A stretch of DNA of 64,000 nucleotides. Origin: Eledone cirrhosa (taxonomy: Eukaryota). Where the stretch lies: the NCBI GenBank assembly GCA_964016885.1, contig OZ024743.1, positions 18,972,001 through 19,036,000 on the forward strand. The letters are read 5' to 3'. The notes beneath the pieces are model-generated. The model searched no databases. It was not told where the DNA came from and saw only the letters and a list, made by a program, of their open reading frames with translations. The position numbers and the translations under genes were made by a program. Below are positions 10,693 through 23,574 of the stretch, one piece after another. The number at the start of each line of letters is the position of its first letter. Positions within the stretch are counted from its first letter, which is position 1.

Positions 10693-13600
10693 TCACATCT
10701 TTCCCTTAAAATGGTATTTAAAGAAAAGGACCAGTTGTTGGCAGGAGAGAAACGTGTCCGACCTCGGCCCTTTCAAACGTGTCCACCATACCAGCTCTTT
10801 CACCATGGCTGTTACACAGAGTAAGACCGCCTCTCCTTCATTTTCGGAGGGAGGAGGCGGCTTGATTGTTACAATGGACTCGGTGGTCAACCAGATTGGT
10901 CCCACCCGTGACAGCAGTCGTTCGACATAGCTCCACAGATCGGCAACGTCCGAGCAGTGTACCAATGCGCTCGCAACAGTTTCCTCGTCGCGCACGCATC
11001 TGGGACAGATATTTTTCGTGGTGTCCCTAATCGGGCACCCGTGTCTGTAGAGATTTTTTCGAATGCGCAGCGCCCCTCGGTAGCACTGACAGGCCAGGGA
11101 CCTCTGGAAGTTGTCCATTGGTACCGGGCCAAATGTCCTCCCGAATAGGCTGGCCAGTTCGTCTTCTTCCATGCCTAGGGCTTCTCCGATGGCGTCGTCG
11201 TACCTACTAACCACCAGCCCTCTATAGAATGACGAGGTGAAGTCTCCACCGATAGGCGGGTCCGCCTGCCAGAGAGCCGTGAGCGCCTGGGCACACTCGG
11301 TGTGCCAGGCGCCCAGATTTCTCGGTCTTTGTTTGACCCAGGACAGCAGCTCGGTGAGCGATTCCCTTGGGCAAGGCACGACGGTCAGGTGGGAATAGAT
11401 GACGGACGCTATATAAGCGTTCGCCACCTCCGCCCGACCTTTCAGGGATAGGTTGCACTCAGCCCACTTCTGGGTCAGCGCAAACACCCTTTTCGATACC
11501 TCACACCAGTTCTTCCCCATCTGGAGGTCTGGCCCGAACCAGACCCCGAGCAACTTTACCGGGCCCTCCGTCCAACGTCCGACGACGCCGTTGGAGGCCA
11601 TCAGTTTTCACCTCCACTTGCCGAGTTGCAAACTGACTGACTTGTCACGGTTCAGCTTAGCCCCTGTAAACTTTTCGTATTCCTCCAGTAAGGTGCCGAT
11701 CACCCCGATTTCCGAGGCGGTTGACACCAATACTGTCACGTCATCGGCGTAGGCCGACACCGCTTTCCGCAATCCCGCTTCCAAAGGGATACCCTGTAAC
11801 AACTCCAACTTCCACAGCAGTGGCTCTAGGGCCAATACATACAGAAGGGAGGAGACAGGGCATCCCTGGCGGATGGATCACGGGATTTCGAACGGCTCCG
11901 AGAGCTAGCCGTTCACCTTGACCCTAGAGCAGATTCGGCTGCTGTGCATGGCAGTGATCCAGCCCCTGAAAACGGGTCAGAAACCTGCATCCACTAACAC
12001 CGCATCCAGGTAACGGTGGTCGACCCTATCGAACGCCTTATATTGATCCAAGTTGATCAGGGCCCCACCAAAGGCGGGTCCGTTCCCAACCCTCTCTATG
12101 ATGTATCGCATAAGGTGGAGGTTGTCGTGAATGGACCTGGACGGGATGGCGCATGTCTGCGCATCTCCCACCAGATTGCTCACGACAAGCGCCAACCTCT
12201 TTGCTAACACCTTGGCCCAAATCTTTAACTCTGCATTTAGCAGAGTTATGGGCCTGAAATTACTTGTCATCCCCCTTGTTCTCGTCCCCATCACTAGCGA
12301 GACTACGCCATTGGTCATAGAACAGGGAATTCTCCCGTTCTGTTGCTAGTTCCAGTAGACCGCCTCGAGGAGATCGAAGAACAAGTCCGGCATACTTAAA
12401 TACAGTTCGCATGAAAGACCATTGAGGCCCGGAGATTTGCGTCTGCCGCATTAGCTCAGCACGTCCCCTATTTTAGCAGCTGAGATCGGCCTCTCGCAGG
12501 ACTTCGCCTCCTCGTCCGAAAGACTCAGCAGGCCGTCGAGGTATGGACAGATGTCCACATCCCCATCCGGCCCCTCGCCCCTCCCGAACAATCGGGCAAA
12601 GTGCCTTTGAAAGCCCTCGCACATTTGCTTATCTTCAAGGATCACCCGTCCATCCTGGTCTCGCAAAGACCGGATAGTGTATCTAATCCCACTTTTGGTT
12701 TCTGTCACGCGGGCCCAGCTAACAGCTTTGGTCCCTTCGTTTCCCAGAGCACGTATTTTGCTTGGGACGACGCAGCCTTCGTGTTTCGCGTCGAAGAACT
12801 GGCCCAAGGTCGTTCTCGACGCTAGCACGCTGGCTACGTCGCCGCTTCTAATTGCCTCTTCTACACTATCTACCAATTCCCTTTCCTTCCTATTTCTATC
12901 TGAGGCTAACTCCTATTGAAGCTACTCTAATCTCTCTTTTAAGAGTGCTCCACCACCTGCTGTTGACGATGACGCCCGTCAACCGCTCCTTAACTAAAGT
13001 ACTAATCCGGTCCCTGTAAGCTTTACTTGCCGGTAAGGACAAGTTGAGCTTCCAGTAACCGGGTCCCTGTCTATGCGTTCTATCAAGGTTGACCATAGAG
13101 GTCACTAACTTGTGGTCTGAATAGTCAACCATGAGCATTTCTGGACAACTTAGAAAGTCCCTATCATTTTTTCTAACTAAGAACCTATCTAGTTACGATC
13201 TAGATTGACCGCTATATTTTGTCCAAGTCCAGGTTGGAACAGTCGTAAAATCTAGTCGATATCTATCGGCCAGGTCGAATCGGCCGATTAATCCCTTGAG
13301 GCTATTACAACCCCCTCTATCAGGACATGCGCCTACGTAGTCCCAACGTGAATCTAGCATCCCATTCCAGTCCACCAATAAAAGCAAGGGACGTCCCTAG
13401 AAAAGTCTCCAGACGATGGAAGAAGTCCGGCCGCGTTGACCCAAAAGGGCTGTAGACAGCGACCAGCCTAAACGCTCCGCCTCACCACTGCCAAGATCCA
13501 GAACCACTAGTCGACCCTCCTTTCCAAGTGTACCGTCTGTGTACCGATGTTTTTGCAGCAGAACGACAACCCCACCCGCACCTCCGGGCTGACAGAGAGA

Positions 13601-13777
13601 TGCGTACATCTCAAAGTCATCAAAAGTGGGGGCCAGCTGTCGCACGCTGCTGATCCGGGCGTCGCAAATAACCATCACATGTATACATCGTGACCTGAGG
13701 TCATTTAGAAGCATTGCTTGCTTCCAAGGTGAGCCCAGGCCACGCGCATTTAGACAACCTACTCTCAACACAGCCAT
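10693..13777 (-). pseudogene. ORF2 apurinic-like endonuclease + reverse transcriptase (frameshifted)
   Basis: MAVLRVGCLNARG, SDH, GPGYWKLN, NFRPITLLNAELKI.AKVLAKRL, LDQYKAFDRVDH, AYADDVTV, LGVWF and C-terminal CPRC...ETV..ALVHC. Confidence 0.9.
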
Positions 13778-13989
13778 GTTGGTGGTAAAGAGAACAGGCA
13801 CTTACCTCTCTGCGTCCGGGGACCGGGCCGCAAAATTCCATGGAGGTGGAGGGTGGGTTATTTTTTGTGGAGGTGTAGGGGCATCAGTGTGTGGTGGGGT
13901 TGGGGTGTTTGGAGCTGCGTGGGTGACGGGGAGGGGGTTTAGGAGGACGGGGTTAATGGGTCTGACGCAGGGGGCCACACGTCCTCTTT

Positions 13990-15644
13990 AAAAGTGTCTT
14001 TTAACGTTTTGTAAATGTCCATTGGGGCTTTTATCATTTCTAGATAGGGAAGCCCCGTTGCTTGTGCGAAATTCGATCCTTCGGTTTTTATTAAGTTGTT
14101 ATTATAAATAACGTTTAACAGTTTTTTGTTTATTGTGTTTATGTATATTTTTCTTTTTGTGTCATGTTTTTTTGTTTGCTGTTGTGTGTTTTTTGTGTTG
14201 ATGTTTGTGTTATGTATTGGGGAGGGATTGTTTGTATTTGTGTTCCTGTGGTGTGTTTCCTCTTTTTCTTTTAACTTTATGAAAGTGCCCCCCCCCCCCT
14301 CGTCTGACGACGAAAGCGGGTCGTCTTCCGTATTCGAGGGGAGGGGTACATGTTCGACTCGTGTTTGTGGTGTGGGTGTTATTGTATTTGTTTTCTGTGT
14401 GTGGGGGGATGGGGGGATTGTTTTCAGTTGTGTTTTAACTTGTGGTGTTAGTTATTTTTGTGATGGTGGTGGAGGTGTCCTTGGTAGTGTTGTAGTTGTT
14501 GGTGTGGGCAAAATCGGTGTTTTTTTGTTTGCTTGGGAACAGGCAGCCCTCAGGTGACCTCTGCCACCACAGAAATAACAAGCGGGTCGTCTACCCTCCA
14601 CTGTGATGTGCAAGTAGGCAAGTCCATCCAGCAATATGCGGTCGGGGATCCTAGCAATTCGTTCTGGCTGCATTTGCACCAGAACTTGCAGGCTAGTTCC
14701 ACCGAACACGTTGCTGGAAGACTTACCTACCGAAATTACTGCATCCTCTTTCAAGTCGAAGAGGCCACACAGTACCGCTCAGAAATCAATATCAGGATCG
14801 ATACTGTGTGTGGTGAATCTTTGCGTTCTTCTTTCCAAATAAGTGGGGAAGAAGGTAAATAAGGGGGACACAATTGGGGCCAGGGATTTTTTTTAGCCGT
14901 CAATGTATCTTTCATTCGGATGGATAGACTACCGTAGAGTCTATCCTTTCGAATGACTACAATGTTTTTCAGATGGTCTTTTAGAGCCAGTTCAATCTAT
15001 GTCTGTGTGTGTTGTACTGGCTTACGGGTTTTGTTGGACATTGTCCTATAAATAATAATGTTTAAGCTATTTTCCTTGTTTAGCTCTGGAGGAGAATTTA
15101 AAGAAAATAGACCATTCTCCTCCAAAGTTACATACCTCCGTGCATTTTCCATTTGCTGGGCCATGTTCGAAATGTCAATAGGTTCATACACAATGGTTTG
15201 TCTTGGTAGTTTGAGCGAACGTCATTTTGTTCGGCCCCTCTGTGTTTACATTTGTCGAAATGTGGTTGTTTTCTTGTTTTTTGTTGTTACAATTTTCATG
15301 TTTTGTTGTATTTGTGTTATTTATGTGTATGCATTCACATGTTTTTCCCCGTTGGGGTTAGACTACATTTTTTTCAAAATGTTCACCTATATTTTCAGAT
15401 CCGAGAGACTTGTAGTCACAGCTACTACTTCCCTGTCACCTTTGCTGGTGGGTGTGGCACCGTGAAAAGTCGAAACGGCATCCATTAATGTTGGCAATTT
15501 TTCCGAGTCAATTTTTTTCACATATTTTTCATTAGGGTTAGGCTCCATTTTTTCTAAGTTTCTAATAATCATTATTCTTTCAGTAGGGAGGCTTGTTGCC
15601 TCCGCTACCCGCTCTCCTTCTAGTGTGTTTAGTGGGCGTCTCAT
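13990..15644 (-). pseudogene. ORF1 gag-like protein remnants
   Basis: ITVEGRRPACYFCGGRGHLRAAC (CX2CX4HX4C) followed by a T/P/K-rich tail, upstream of ORF2. Confidence 0.7.
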
Positions 15645-16059
15645 CGGTACCTGTGGTAATGGCTTCCATTACCACTAGCGTAGAGACAATCACAAGAATT
15701 TTAGGATGAAGAATTTCACCCCAAAAGGGGTGAAATAAATTAACCCTAATGTTCGAAGCACCAAGCAAGGGGGTTAATTAACACAATAACGCAAGAATAC
15801 AGACAAACACTTACTGTTAACACGTAATATATCCAATAAATGAGGAGCCGATGTGAAGAACGTCTATACCATCCGGAGATAGATAGATAGATAGAGTATG
15901 GGTAGGAAGGTGAAATACTGGTGTTGGTATCAAACGCGTAACTCCACATTCCCCACAGCTCCTGAACCCCCGAACTGGATCCTTGCCACTGGATGCAATA
16001 TAATGTCATACCCAAAGTCGCCATGAGCGTTACACTATATGTATGATGCGGAAAATATT

Positions 16060-16400
16060 CCATCAGCATTGATCAAATGATGTGGCATCGCCTTTCAAGT
16101 ACACCCAAGTTTGGGCCACGTTCTATCCGCCAACAACAAAGATCAAACTCGTATCTCACAACATTACACCACAATTATTTTACCTCAATCGGCCCCGTTC
16201 TTTTTAACATTACACCAACACACATTGAAATAGACACAGAACCCATAAACATCAAGAAGTCTTTGGACATTTTTCTACAAGAATCCAGGATAATTATCCA
16301 TAAACAATAATTATCTATATGAGTGGGGGATATGTTGCCGAAAGACTGATTTGAAAGACTTCGTCAGGTGGTGGTAATACGTTAGACATGGCCTGGAACA
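16060..16400 (+). pseudogene. 3' fragment of a LINE RT ORF (CR1/Jockey-group-like C-terminus)
   Basis: NYFTSIGPVLFNITP..I......IKKSLDIFL resembles the N.F..R...L(W/F)N.LP...FK..LD C-terminal motif. Confidence 0.45.
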
Positions 16401-16648
16401 ATACTGGTTGAAAACTATCAAAGTTATGAAATATATATATATACGAGTATATATATAAATATAATTTCAGCGAGATCGTATTTCGGCGGTGGCCCAAACA
16501 ATACTAAACGCAATCTTCGACAGATACCGTCAAGCGCTCAATGGACTAAGAAGAAACCAGAGCAATTAACACGCGTTATAAGTGCCAGATGAAAAAACGA
16601 AATAAGTTAAACAGGATCACTGTATTCATTTTATCTGGCCTATATAAC

Positions 16649-16699
<51 letters not shown>

Positions 16700-16722
16700 T
16701 ACATACATACATACATACATAA

Positions 16723-16781
<59 letters not shown>

Positions 16782-19700
16782 TATGACAAAGAAGGTATGG
16801 TATGATGCCAGGTGGATCAGACCGCACCAGAGTACTCGATACATAGGGTAGTAGAGTGGGTAATAGGAAAAAGGTCAGGATCTCGACAGCTAACAACGGC
16901 CGGACATAAGCCGGGGTCCTGACTCTTTTCATATATATATATATATATATATATAATATACACAGTAACTTATATGGATATATATATGTGTGTATGTATG
17001 AGGGGGGGGGCGATAATGTGTGTGTGTTGCTATTGTTATTTTTTTACAAAATGAGAAAATATTGTGTGAATCTTTTTTCAGTCGGTGTTTTCTACTCTAT
17101 TTAATATTGTTATTTCCAGGCGAATCTCTTATTTATGTTGTTATTGTTGCCTGATGTGACAATCAAAAGGCGCAAAATGGTGAATATATATATAAAAATT
17201 ATCGTCTGACACATATATCAAACGTTTCTTCCTTCTTTTGAAATGATATGTCTACATTATATTTTGTGATTTATTTAGTTATCTCGTGATTATATTTTTT
17301 ACCAGTTTACGTATTAAGTTTAATTTGGCTGACGGTCATAAACAGAGGTATTGTGTAAGTAGTTATAAACATCAACAACTAAACTAAAAGTGTATTTCAA
17401 ATTTAATTGTATCTGATGATTATTATTTTTTTTTTTTCCTTTTACTACTGAAATGATTTCGCGATTTATTATTTTTTAAAGAAATACCATGTTTACTAGA
17501 AAGTATATATATATACATACAAACAGAGAGAGAGCGAAAGAAACAGACACACACACACACATATATATATATATATTGTGTGTGGAGGGATCATGTATTT
17601 TGAATGCGTTTGTGTATGTTTGTGGTCTTGTGAATGTTTTGGGTTTGCTGCAGAGTTTCTGAACTTTTGTTAAATGAAGCAATGAACATGAAAGTATTTC
17701 ATAGATAACTCTTTAGATTAGTTATTATGAATTGAAGATTCAGAAAGAAATAAGTTCTCTCTCTTTTCAACATTTATGTTGATCACGGCATTTATATCAT
17801 AGATATAACAATGCTTGCTTGTTGTATTAAGACTGCACTAACAGAACGAATTGTTTAACGATAAAGACACAACCAGTTTTGTAGTGTATATACAAAACAA
17901 GAAAATTCTGCTATGCAGCGATTTTATTTTGAAAGCTGCATTGAATTCATATTTTATAGAATATTTAAAGTTTCAGTTTTGCAGTATAATTTTTGTTATT
18001 TATATAGAAAGGGTAGAACTTGCTTCCAATGTCTTTGTGATTGAAAAACGTTTCCAATTGAATATATAATCGAGTTTTGAAATATATTTATTGATTGTTT
18101 ACTGATATCAAAGCGAATGCAGAATCACTGTTTTTGGTCTATTTGATTTATTTATACAGTTGACGTTATTCAATTAGTTTGAAAGTTAGATGTAGTGTGT
18201 CTGACAAATTGATAGCCAACGATTACTTGGATGTTTAAGTTCGGTATTTGCATTAATCTATTTTGACGAGAATATTTTACCTTATATTTATATGTATGAA
18301 TATAACCAACTGGTTAATTTTTTTTTTGGGGGGGGGGGTCTGTATAGGAGCTGAGCGGTATGGTGCCTACTACAATTTTCTGTGATAGAAGTTTGAAAGC
18401 ATTTTATCAGACGTCATGAATATAATTTCAGGCAAAGCGTTTCTTTGAACTTACAATGGCAGTTAGTCACTACAATGCATATTGTCTATACCAGTTTCTA
18501 TATTTATTGGCATTATTATTTTATTTCAGTAAGCTTATTTTTATTCCGTATACGTTCATCGCTTTACGAGGTGAAACTCTTTGAGCATTGCTAGTGTGCA
18601 ATATTACAGTTTTAGCTTTGGATTTTCAATTATATTGTACCTAATACGGATCATGTTTATGGGTATTCTACGTAATATATGTGCATTGTCTGGCAGTAAT
18701 ATATTTTATACGATGGAATGCTTTATGAGAATATGGTTTCCGATGGTTACGTGTTTGTTTGCATTACCTGAATCATTTTTACAACTAATATTATCGGGAA
18801 TATTTTTCTTGTAGTTTTTACACAGAGACGCATATTTTAATAATACCTTTTTGAAAGCATTGCTTGTTATAGGTTGGCTCAGTTTGGATAAACTTAAACA
18901 ATATAGCTATTCATTCCCCATGACCTCATCTTCTACAGTGTTGTCTTGTTACATATATCTGGTGATTTCTAGTATGAAGAGTTTGACAAAGCAGCGAAAC
19001 CAAGATTCATCCATTTGCTGCTTGCATACAGCTCTTAAAAACGATTGATCCAGTTGCTCCTTGACTCCTATATATATTTGGATTTTTTACAATATACTAG
19101 CTTTTCCTGTCATCGGTTTGTCAAGGTAAGCTATAGCACCGATGTAATTAAGATTTTAACATTTTCTTCTCATTTGATTATTTTGTTTTGTTTCATTGTT
19201 CCCCATGTATTCTCTCGACCACCTGTCATTTCACATAGATGATGATAAGCTTTTGTCTGTTTGAATTTTCATTATTATTTCATTTCTCCTTACGCGATAT
19301 TCTTGTTGCGATAGGTCGATTCTATATAACGGTTTTCTAGTTCCATAAATCATATAGTATATATCACTATAGTATAGTTAAACATAATCGACTTTGTCGA
19401 AAGTATTAGAAAAATAATTTTTTTTTTTTATATGTCTAACCATGCTGATGAAATTGGTGCACATTGGAGAGTATTGAGATTATAAAATATTAAACGGATA
19501 ACTAGAGTATAATGTATATTACGTTATATGTTGCATTCAGCTTTGTTTAAGCATTTATCGAGAGATATATACATAAACAAAACATACCTATCGAAAGATA
19601 AATAAATCTATCGAGATATAATATATTTTTTTTTTTATCTGTAACATATCTTTCATGTGTGCATTGGCCAATATTCAATCTTTCTTTAGCGTGTTTTCTT

Positions 19701-20129
19701 CTTCCAATTTCACAATGCCTCGACATTCTTGTGATACCTGTAACAGTGTTTCTAGTGATCATACCCACAACAGCCTAGAGATTGAATTATACCTTTTTCG
19801 ATGATTGGTTGCTTGTGATCTCATAGCAATTGTATCACAGACGAAAATGTGTTAAGGCTAGACAGATAAGGAGAATGGAGAAAATAGTTGTCTTCTTATA
19901 AAGATAGGTTGACATTTCACCATTAGTTTTTGCGGCAGTATTTGTTTTTAATTACTCATGGCGAATGTAATATACTTAATTATTATTGGGGCTTAATTAT
20001 TCTTCACGTCTAATATTTCTACGTGATATGAGTTGGTATCTCTCAAAATCTTTAAATGTTGTATTCTGAAGTTACCTGCTTTATTAAACATATGTTTTCT
20101 TTCAAGGCAAGGATTTCAGTGTTTGTTAA

Positions 20130-20830
20130 TTGGTATTTCGAAATGTTATTATTGTCAGGTTAAATTGCCCATTCTGTAACTCTTTTGGAAAAAGGGATAG
20201 GAGATACTTCAAAATTAGAGAGCAAAATGCTTTGAACAGGCCGCTGGTTAATCGTAGGAAGATTATGTTTCCTCCATTGTGCATCAAGCTTGGGATGATG
20301 AAACAGTTTATGAAAGCCTTGGACCTTGATGGTGAGTGTTCCAAACACTTGAGCATAAAGTTCTTAGTCTCGTTAGAAAATGTAGGCTGGTGTATTTGGT
20401 GGGCCAATCAGTTTTTAGTGACGATATTTGACGCTGAAACGGAATCGTGGACTGCCTTTCCTGCAGTTGTGTCTGATTTCCTGGGAAAGAGGGGTCATCC
20501 AATAATTGTTTCTACGTTTGGCACAATCCAGCAATTACCCAGTACATGAGGGGTCATCCAATAATGAACTTGTGCAAAACGTGTTAATCACTGTTTAAGC
20601 ACTGGGCTACAGCTTGAGTATAAAATTGTATTTTCTTCAAATTCATCAGGACAACGTGCTTGAAAATATTGTTGCGATAAATTATGAGCAAGCTGGAGGA
20701 TTCCACCAAGTCATGAAGACCATGTATTTGTGGAATACAAACATGATGGCTGATTTCTACTGTTATGTGCAAAGACACTATTGCGTTGCAAGCTATTCAC
20801 ACAAATCAGCAAAGTGAATATTCACTCTTT
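20130..20830 (+). pseudogene. DNA transposase relic, probably Chapaev3-type (CMC superfamily)
   Basis: KIMFPPLCIKLGMMKQFMKALD.DGEC, SW.AF..VVSDFLG, SIKLYFL.IH.D..LENI.A...EQ...FHQ..K, MMADFY. Family assignment is from recall of these motifs. Confidence 0.6.
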
Positions 20831-21975
20831 TGTTGCTGAAACTCAAGTTTGACAGAAATATATATATTAAGATGTGTAATTAAACATTTTTGTATATCTT
20901 CGTTAAACGATAAAACAAACTATAGGAATTGTGGTAGATTCCTATTGAATTTTTGGTAACAAAATGAATTCCTGACACAACATTCCTGATACAAAATACC
21001 CTATACAAAAGCCATGACCTGATACAAAATGCGTGAGTGTATTCTGAACAAATACGGTAGGAACAATTGTAAAATTGTATCCACCTGGTAATATTCTTTC
21101 TCAAGCAGGATATTCATACATCAATTTTTTTACTTAATATTTGCTCATGTATTGTACATGGGACAAGGTTTTCTGATAGACTGACTTAAAAACAAAACAA
21201 ATTTTACATCTCAATATAGTTTTTCAATATACTTCTTCCTTTAAATATCTACGAAAAGCATTATAGATATCTGTTCTTATCGACTATAAGGGCGAATAAT
21301 GACATCAGGAATTACGACAAGAAAACTATGTGATAGGTCCAATTAAATTCATGCGAAGCAACTAATCCGTCCACGTATTGTATATGAGCATTAAAAAGGA
21401 ATTCTTCTTATTTATTGATTAATCCTCAATAACTAGTTACGTATGTATCACCGGAGGAAAACTATTGAAAATACGGATATTGCACCGTACGCGCGCCTGC
21501 GGTATTATTGATTCTATTGATGTTAAATTTCTGATATTTGCCCAAAAGCCATTTCTTTCATTTGGCGCGTATTTGAAAGTCTAAATTTCTATATCAGGAA
21601 AATGATATATAGTTATTAAATAAACCGATTGGATATACAAAGTATATGATCGATTTTGGAAATGTGCACACTATGGGGCAACTGTTAATCCATTTCATTG
21701 TGAATTAAGAGGGTTTGCAATCAGAAATATATTCTGAAAAGAGTGAATTAACCTTGCCATTCCTAACATACACCCACACTCATCCTGCTTTTTATACGCT
21801 TAAAATCTTATCTCATTCTCCCGTCCCTCTGATTCTCTGTATGTATATATATTATATATATATATATATATTTGCTCTAGGGTTCTTATATATTTGATAT
21901 ATATTTACCTTATCGAACCCTCTTTGTGTTTTAGTCTTCACATTTATTAATATGACTATAATATTTATATATATA

Positions 21976-22040
<65 letters not shown>

Positions 22041-22102
22041 ACATATATATATATATATATATATATGTATACATATATATATATATATATATATATGTAT
22101 AC

Positions 22103-22150
<48 letters not shown>

Positions 22151-22213
22151 GTATATATATATATACATATGTATATATATACATATGTATATATATATAT
22201 ATATGTATGTATA

Positions 22214-22243
<30 letters not shown>

Positions 22244-22247
<4 letters not shown>

Positions 22248-22490
22248 GAAGTTATATTTCAATTGTTGGGATACGACAGGCAAATATTTTTATAACTGAT
22301 ATGAAGCACTCAGCAGACCTTCCAACACAAATGGTCGCATTCTTTAAGGGTATGTCAATATTTATTCATAAAACTGATCTCTATTATATTTTATATGATG
22401 AAAGCGCACCAAAATTTGACTTGGTGACCTTGAAATATGTATAATAAAATAAATATGGTTTTATAAATATAGTTTCCATTTGTTTATATA
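22244..22490. mobile_element. Mini-element related to the termini of the 39433-46350 PLE
   Basis: 22244-22310 resembles 39436-39505; 22385-22485 resembles the hammerhead region 46230-46335, with the core mutated to ATGATGA. Confidence 0.7.
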
Positions 22491-22499
22491 TCGTATATA

Positions 22500-22578
<79 letters not shown>

Positions 22579-22581
<3 letters not shown>

Positions 22582-23140
22582 AGTGAAGAATAACATGGTT
22601 GACAGTACAAAATAAGGATATTTATTTACAGTCTTACAATTGTTTCAATGTTAGAAATGTCTATAAATTGCTAAATATTGGAGAAAGTATAACTCAATTT
22701 AAAATACATCTAAGTTTCATCATTTCACCAGAAACAAATAAGAAATATAAAATATATGCGTAACGGTAAACTTGAGAATTTTCTACTTTACCGTTACGCA
22801 TATATTTTATATTTCTTATTTGTTTCTGATGAAATGATGAAACTTAGATGTATTTTCAATTGAGTTATACTTTCTCCAGTATTTAGCAATTTATAGACAT
22901 TTCTATCATTGAAACAATTGTAAGACTGTAAATAAATATCCTTATTTTGTACTGTCAGCCATGTTATTCTTCACTTTTATATTACTCCAAGATATATTTA
23001 CATAGAAACACAAACGAAGTCATAAAATCGACACCGAAGTAAACCTCTTGTTGAGTCAAACTGTACCCTACGCTTAAACTGTCCATGATAAATAGTTTTC
23101 ATAGACTCTTATCGAATTACCTTTAACGATTTATTGTTAT

Positions 23141-23143
<3 letters not shown>
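22579..23143 (+). mobile_element. Fold-back mini-element (~190-bp arms 22579-22770 / 22787-22980, tail) in (TA)n
   Basis: Arms are reverse complements with a few mismatches; TA tracts on both sides. Confidence 0.9.
22822..22926 (+). ncRNA. Hammerhead motif with long helix II
   Basis: GTTT-CTGATGA-AATGAT...ATCATT-GAAAC-AATT-GTA-AGAC; the mirror copy has CTGGTGA. Confidence 0.7.
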
Positions 23144-23179
<36 letters not shown>

Positions 23180-23387
23180 AATAATAATAAATGTGAAGAC
23201 TAAAATCCAAAGAGGGATCGATAAGGCTAAATATATATCAAATATATAAGAACCCTAGAGCAAATATTTATTAAAATTTTTAGCAAAGAATCGCTTCTTG
23301 CATCCGTTTGAAACTGATTCAGCAGATCCCGTTAAAGGTAAATTCAGCAAATTTTGCTTAAACTTTATCAGTTATTTTAAGAAAAAC

Positions 23388-23433
<46 letters not shown>

Positions 23434-23523
23434 AAAAAGTATGACCACGACGGCAGAGCTCAAGTCAGGTCATACTGGTTCCTTACCACATTTTCTTAGT
23501 TATGTATATAAATATATATTATA

Positions 23524-23565
<42 letters not shown>

Positions 23566-23574
23566 ATATATAGT

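Larger units (their letters stand above)
10100..15880 (-). mobile_element. Near-full-length decayed Tx1/L1-clade non-LTR retrotransposon
   Basis: ORF1 remnants with a CCHC knuckle, ORF2 remnants with APE and RT, a 3' UTR with internal duplication, and AATAAA at 10114-10119 (minus). Confidence 0.85.
21869..23390. mobile_element. Fold-back element (arms 21869-21963 and 23171-23266, tail to ~23390) split by nested insertions
   Basis: TTTGCTCTAGGGTTCTTATATATTTG is mirrored by CAAATATATAAGAACCCTAGAGCAAA. Confidence 0.75.
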
